A stretch of 64,000 nucleotides of DNA from Rebecca billardiae RCC1528 (lineage: Eukaryota > Protista > Haptophyta), in NCBI GenBank assembly GCA_965240325.2, contig OZ251240.1, positions 1,116,001 to 1,180,000 on the forward strand, given 5' to 3'. The notes under the pieces are model-generated. The model did not search any database. It was not told the DNA's origin and saw nothing but the letters and a program-made list of their open reading frames with translations. Made by a program: the position numbers and the translations under genes. Of this stretch, positions 60,555 through 64,000 are shown piece by piece (positions within the stretch are counted from its first letter, which is position 1; each line of letters opens with the position of its first letter).

Positions 60555-60906
60555 CGTGTCACTAAGCAGCCGCCGTCTTCTTCGTGATGCACTACAGTCT
60601 TCGAGCAGCTAGTCGTATAGTCATACATGGATCATATCAGCATCATATGCGGTGATGGCGACGCGGTGTCATATGCACATCGATCATATGCGCAGTGCGA
60701 TATTTCTGACGACTGCAGGCATGAGAGCATCATTGGCCATCATGACTACGTACGAACGACGTGTATGTATCGTGCCTTCTCGCGTCTCGATGGATCTGGT
60801 GGCGCGCAGCATTGCTGGCCTGCGCGTTCTGTAGTGTGTGGACACCGTCGCATGCGCTCTCACGCCACCAGCTCCAGCCGCGTGGCCATGCGCACGCCAA
60901 CGGAGC

Positions 60907-61536
60907 CTATGGCGATTTGGAGACAAACAGGAAGCCGCGCAGCGGGTACCCACCTGATGCCTCGTCCGCAGAGCCCATGCCCACGACAGCCGAGAGGAAC
61001 GCGAGCGCTGTGCCGCCATGCCAGGCCCAGAGGCGGCCGATCGTCCAGGAGTCCCCATCGGTATAGTGCTGGGCGAACGAGCCTAGCGCAACCACATTGC
61101 ACAGCATGTAGGACACCAGTGCGCGCATTTGGCCGTACCGCGCGAGCGAGACCGACGCGGATGTCATCGACGTGACAAACACAACTGCGCGCAGCTTGTG
61201 CGGATCGCCTAGGACGAAGACGACGACGGCCGCGCCGAGGACGCCCGCGACGAAGCTGCCTGTCGCCCATGCGATGCTCATGAGCATGATGGCGAAGCCA
61301 TCGAGCTTCTTCACCCACGGGAACGCCGCCACCATGGCCGGGCTCGGCGCGCGCGCGTGGAGGATCCAGCGGTAGGCGAGGCTGAAGGCGAAGATGAGGA
61401 GCATGTTGACGACGAGGCGCGTGCACACGACGCCCGAGCCGGAGAGCAGGAGGGCACATGCCAGGTAGCACGCGGACGACGTCTGGCACAGCAACCCGAG
61501 CTCCTTCGGCTTGCCGAGCGGGCGTGTCGGCGCCAT
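60907..61536 (-). CDS. Small polytopic membrane protein (about 6-7 hydrophobic segments)
   Basis: Hydrophobic ATG ORF, head-to-head with the gene at 61645. Confidence 0.7.
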   Translation of the reverse strand: MAPTRPLGKPKELGLLCQTSSACYLACALLLSGSGVVCTRLVVNMLLIFAFSLAYRWILHARAPSPAMVAAFPWVKKLDGFAIMLMSIAWATGSFVAGVLGAAVVVFVLGDPHKLRAVVFVTSMTSASVSLARYGQMRALVSYMLCNVVALGSFAQHYTDGDSWTIGRLWAWHGGTALAFLSAVVGMGSADEASGGYPLRGFLFVSKSP

Positions 61537-61644
61537 GATTCGGTCAGGCTTGGTGAGCAACCGCAGGACCCAGAAGGCCCGGACTCACGCCCGCCTGTAC
61601 AAATACGGCCATCGCGCGGCCGTGTGCCCGCGGTCCAGACAAGC

Positions 61645-63684
61645 ATGGCATCGGTCGCGCGCTCGCCGTGGCTCCGCGCCGTCGTGCTCGGCCTCGCGCT
61701 GTGCGCGGGCGGCGCGGCGGGCAAGAAGAAGAAGGGCAGCAAGGGCGGATCGAGCGGCGCGGTCGACGACTCGGCCGTGCGCACGCTCGACCAGGCCGAG
61801 CTCGCCGTCGCCGCCGCCAACGAGACGCTCGCCGTCGCGCTGCTGACGCTCGGCGTGGACATCTGCGGCGACGAGTGCGCGAAGCTGGACCGGCTGTTCG
61901 CGCGCGCGGCGCTGGACGTGCGTCCGAAGGAGCCTTCGATCAAGTTCCTCCGCAGCGTCCTCGACCCCTCGCTCGGCGCCGTCGACCCGTCGCTGCTGGT
62001 CGCGCTCGGCTCGCGGCCGATGCTGCCGAAGCTTGTCGTCTTCCGCGAGGGCGAGCCGACGGACTACGGCTCGGCGGCGGCGGCGCGCAAGCGGACGTCG
62101 GGAGACGACGGCGAGGCCGACGCCGACGCGACCCTCATGGCCGCGAGCGTCGGGCTGCCCACCAGCGCGAAGGAGCTGACGAGCGCGGTCCTTGCAGAGT
62201 GGGCGCGGCCGACGGTGCAGACACTCCGCACGGCCAAGCAGACCGAGCGATTCCTTCACCTGGACACGTGGGCGGCGCAGCACGCGACGGACGAGCCGAC
62301 GCGCGTGGTCGGCTTCTTCCCCGACACGCCCGACGTGCGCGAGTCCGAGCGCTACCGCGCCTTCCGCGCGGCGGCGAAGCGGCTGCAGTCGATGATTTCC
62401 TTTGGCGAGTGTTTTGATCAATCGCTTCAGGCGAAATTCCTCGGCACGGCGGCGGAGCGGCCGGTGGTGCAGGTGGTGAAGGCGTCTAAGGCGGAGCGCA
62501 AGCTGCAGTTCGGCGGGCGGTGGACGGCGCGCGTCCTCGCCCGCTTCGTCGCCTCGCACAGGGGCGACCTCGTCACAGACGTGAACTCGCAAGACGCGTT
62601 CACAGATGCGCTGAGCGGCGGCTTCCCGGCCTTCCTGCTCCTGATGCCGGACGAGTACGAGGAGCGCCTCGACGCGATCATGCCTGAGTTCAAGGCGACG
62701 GTGCGCGCGCGGCATGGCGCCCCCTCGCCCCCCCCCGGGCGCGCGCGCCGTGCGGCGGAGCCCGGGGCGCGGGCCGTGTCTCGCGCGCCGAACCGCCCGC
62801 CGCGCCCCTGCGTGCGCTCCTGACCCCCTGCCGTGCCCTGGCTGCCGCGTGCGCGCTCGAACTGCTCGCGCGCGCGCGCGCGCTCCCGACCGACCGTCGT
62901 CGTCCCACGAGCGCAGGCGACGCGCTTCCGCGACCGCATCACCTTCATCTTCGGCTTCAAGGACACCGACCCTTGGCCTGCTCTGATGCAGTCGCTCGGT
63001 CTGCCGCGCGACGCGCACGGCGCTTTTATGGTGTTCCTTGGGCAGGGCGAGAGCCTGTACGGGCACGACTGGGGGACGGCGTGGCTGCCGTCGGTCGCGC
63101 TGGGCGGCGGCATGCAGTTCGGGCTGTACGAGATGAGCGCGCAGCCGCCGGACTCGGCCCACCTGATCACGCGCGAGACGATGGACGGCCTCGTCGAGAA
63201 GTTTCTGGAAACTGCCGACGCGGCCGCGCGCGCCGACGGCGTTCCGGACGAGCGCTCGGAGCCGGAGGCGGCGGAGCTCTTCGTGCCGGCGGGCGCGGCG
63301 GCGGGCGCGGGCGCCGGGGCGGGCGCGCCGGAGGGCGGCGGCGTGCGCGCCGCTGAGTGCGCGGCGGACGGGAGCTGCGTCGACACCGCCGCCGGCGCGG
63401 CCGAGCCCAGCGCCGCGGGCGCCGACGAGGCGGGCGGTGCCCAGCGCAGCACAATCACGACCGCCCCGACGCGCTCCGAGCGCGACGAGGTGAAGGCCCT
63501 GCTGCAGAAGCGCATCAAGGCGCTGGAGGGCCAGCTGCAGGGTGCGCGCGAGAAGGGCGCGCAGCAGCTGCACGCGCTCGCGAGCGCGGTGCGCAGCGCG
63601 GCGCCCGAGCTGGACTTGGCGGCGGTCGCGCGCGACGCCGGGCTGGAGCCAGCGGCGCTCGGCCTCGCCGACAGCTCGGCTTGA
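61645..63684 (+). CDS. Secretory-pathway thioredoxin-fold (PDI-like, probably non-catalytic) protein; intron 62701-62916
   Basis: Signal peptide; PKLVVFREG, VVGFF..FRAAAKRL..FG and ARFVASH thioredoxin-like segments; C-terminal coiled coil. Confidence 0.65.
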
Positions 63685-64000
63685 ATCGCGAGTACAGGGC
63701 GCCGTTGGCGCGAGCGCTCATCCGCGTCTGCTGCTCTGCAGTGCGTCGCGGCTCTCGCACCGCGAGGGCTCCGGCCCTGCCTCCGACCTCCGCGGTCCGC
63801 CTCCGGCCGCGGCATCACGACGTCGAGTGCTACTGTTCGCTCGAGGTGACCGCCGTGACTGGGTCGCCTGGTTGCGGTGGTCGCCGTCGTACTCGACGTA
63901 CTCCTGTCTCCTGCTGAATTGAGAGATGAGTGCCGTCGTGCGCCTGATGACCTGCTTATCGTGGGCATTCCATAGTAGTGTGATCGGAGGTGCTACAGGC

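Overview
GC-rich, gene-dense eukaryotic genomic DNA with short GC-rich spliceosomal introns (typically GTGCGC...GCGCAG). It carries a flagellar gene, and the overall style suggests a haptophyte-like alga (inference, not verified). About 24 host protein genes are supported, almost all in tight head-to-head pairs. Recognisable products: two sulfotransferase-like proteins, a PIP kinase, two tandem cyclophilins, a GT8, an ELO elongase, an F-box protein, two Sel1+MYND proteins, a cis-prenyltransferase, CFAP73, TYW2, FolC/FPGS, a SAM methyltransferase, an ABC half-transporter, a GT2-like/GT2/GT8 fusion and a thioredoxin-fold protein. The most notable structures are mobile elements not visible in the ORF track. 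(1) A 3.17-kb P-superfamily-like element (32-bp perfect TIRs, 7-bp TSD) with no catalytic transposase; it carries a spliced signal-peptide gene and a 561-aa ORF with P-transposase C-terminal-like motifs. (2) Two Helentron/Helitron2-like elements with shared asymmetric termini but different interiors. (3) A 2.8-kb Ty1/copia derivative with identical LTRs whose heavily deleted pol is still one open frame. (4) A weaker hAT-like TIR element. All calls are from motif reading by eye; no searches were run.
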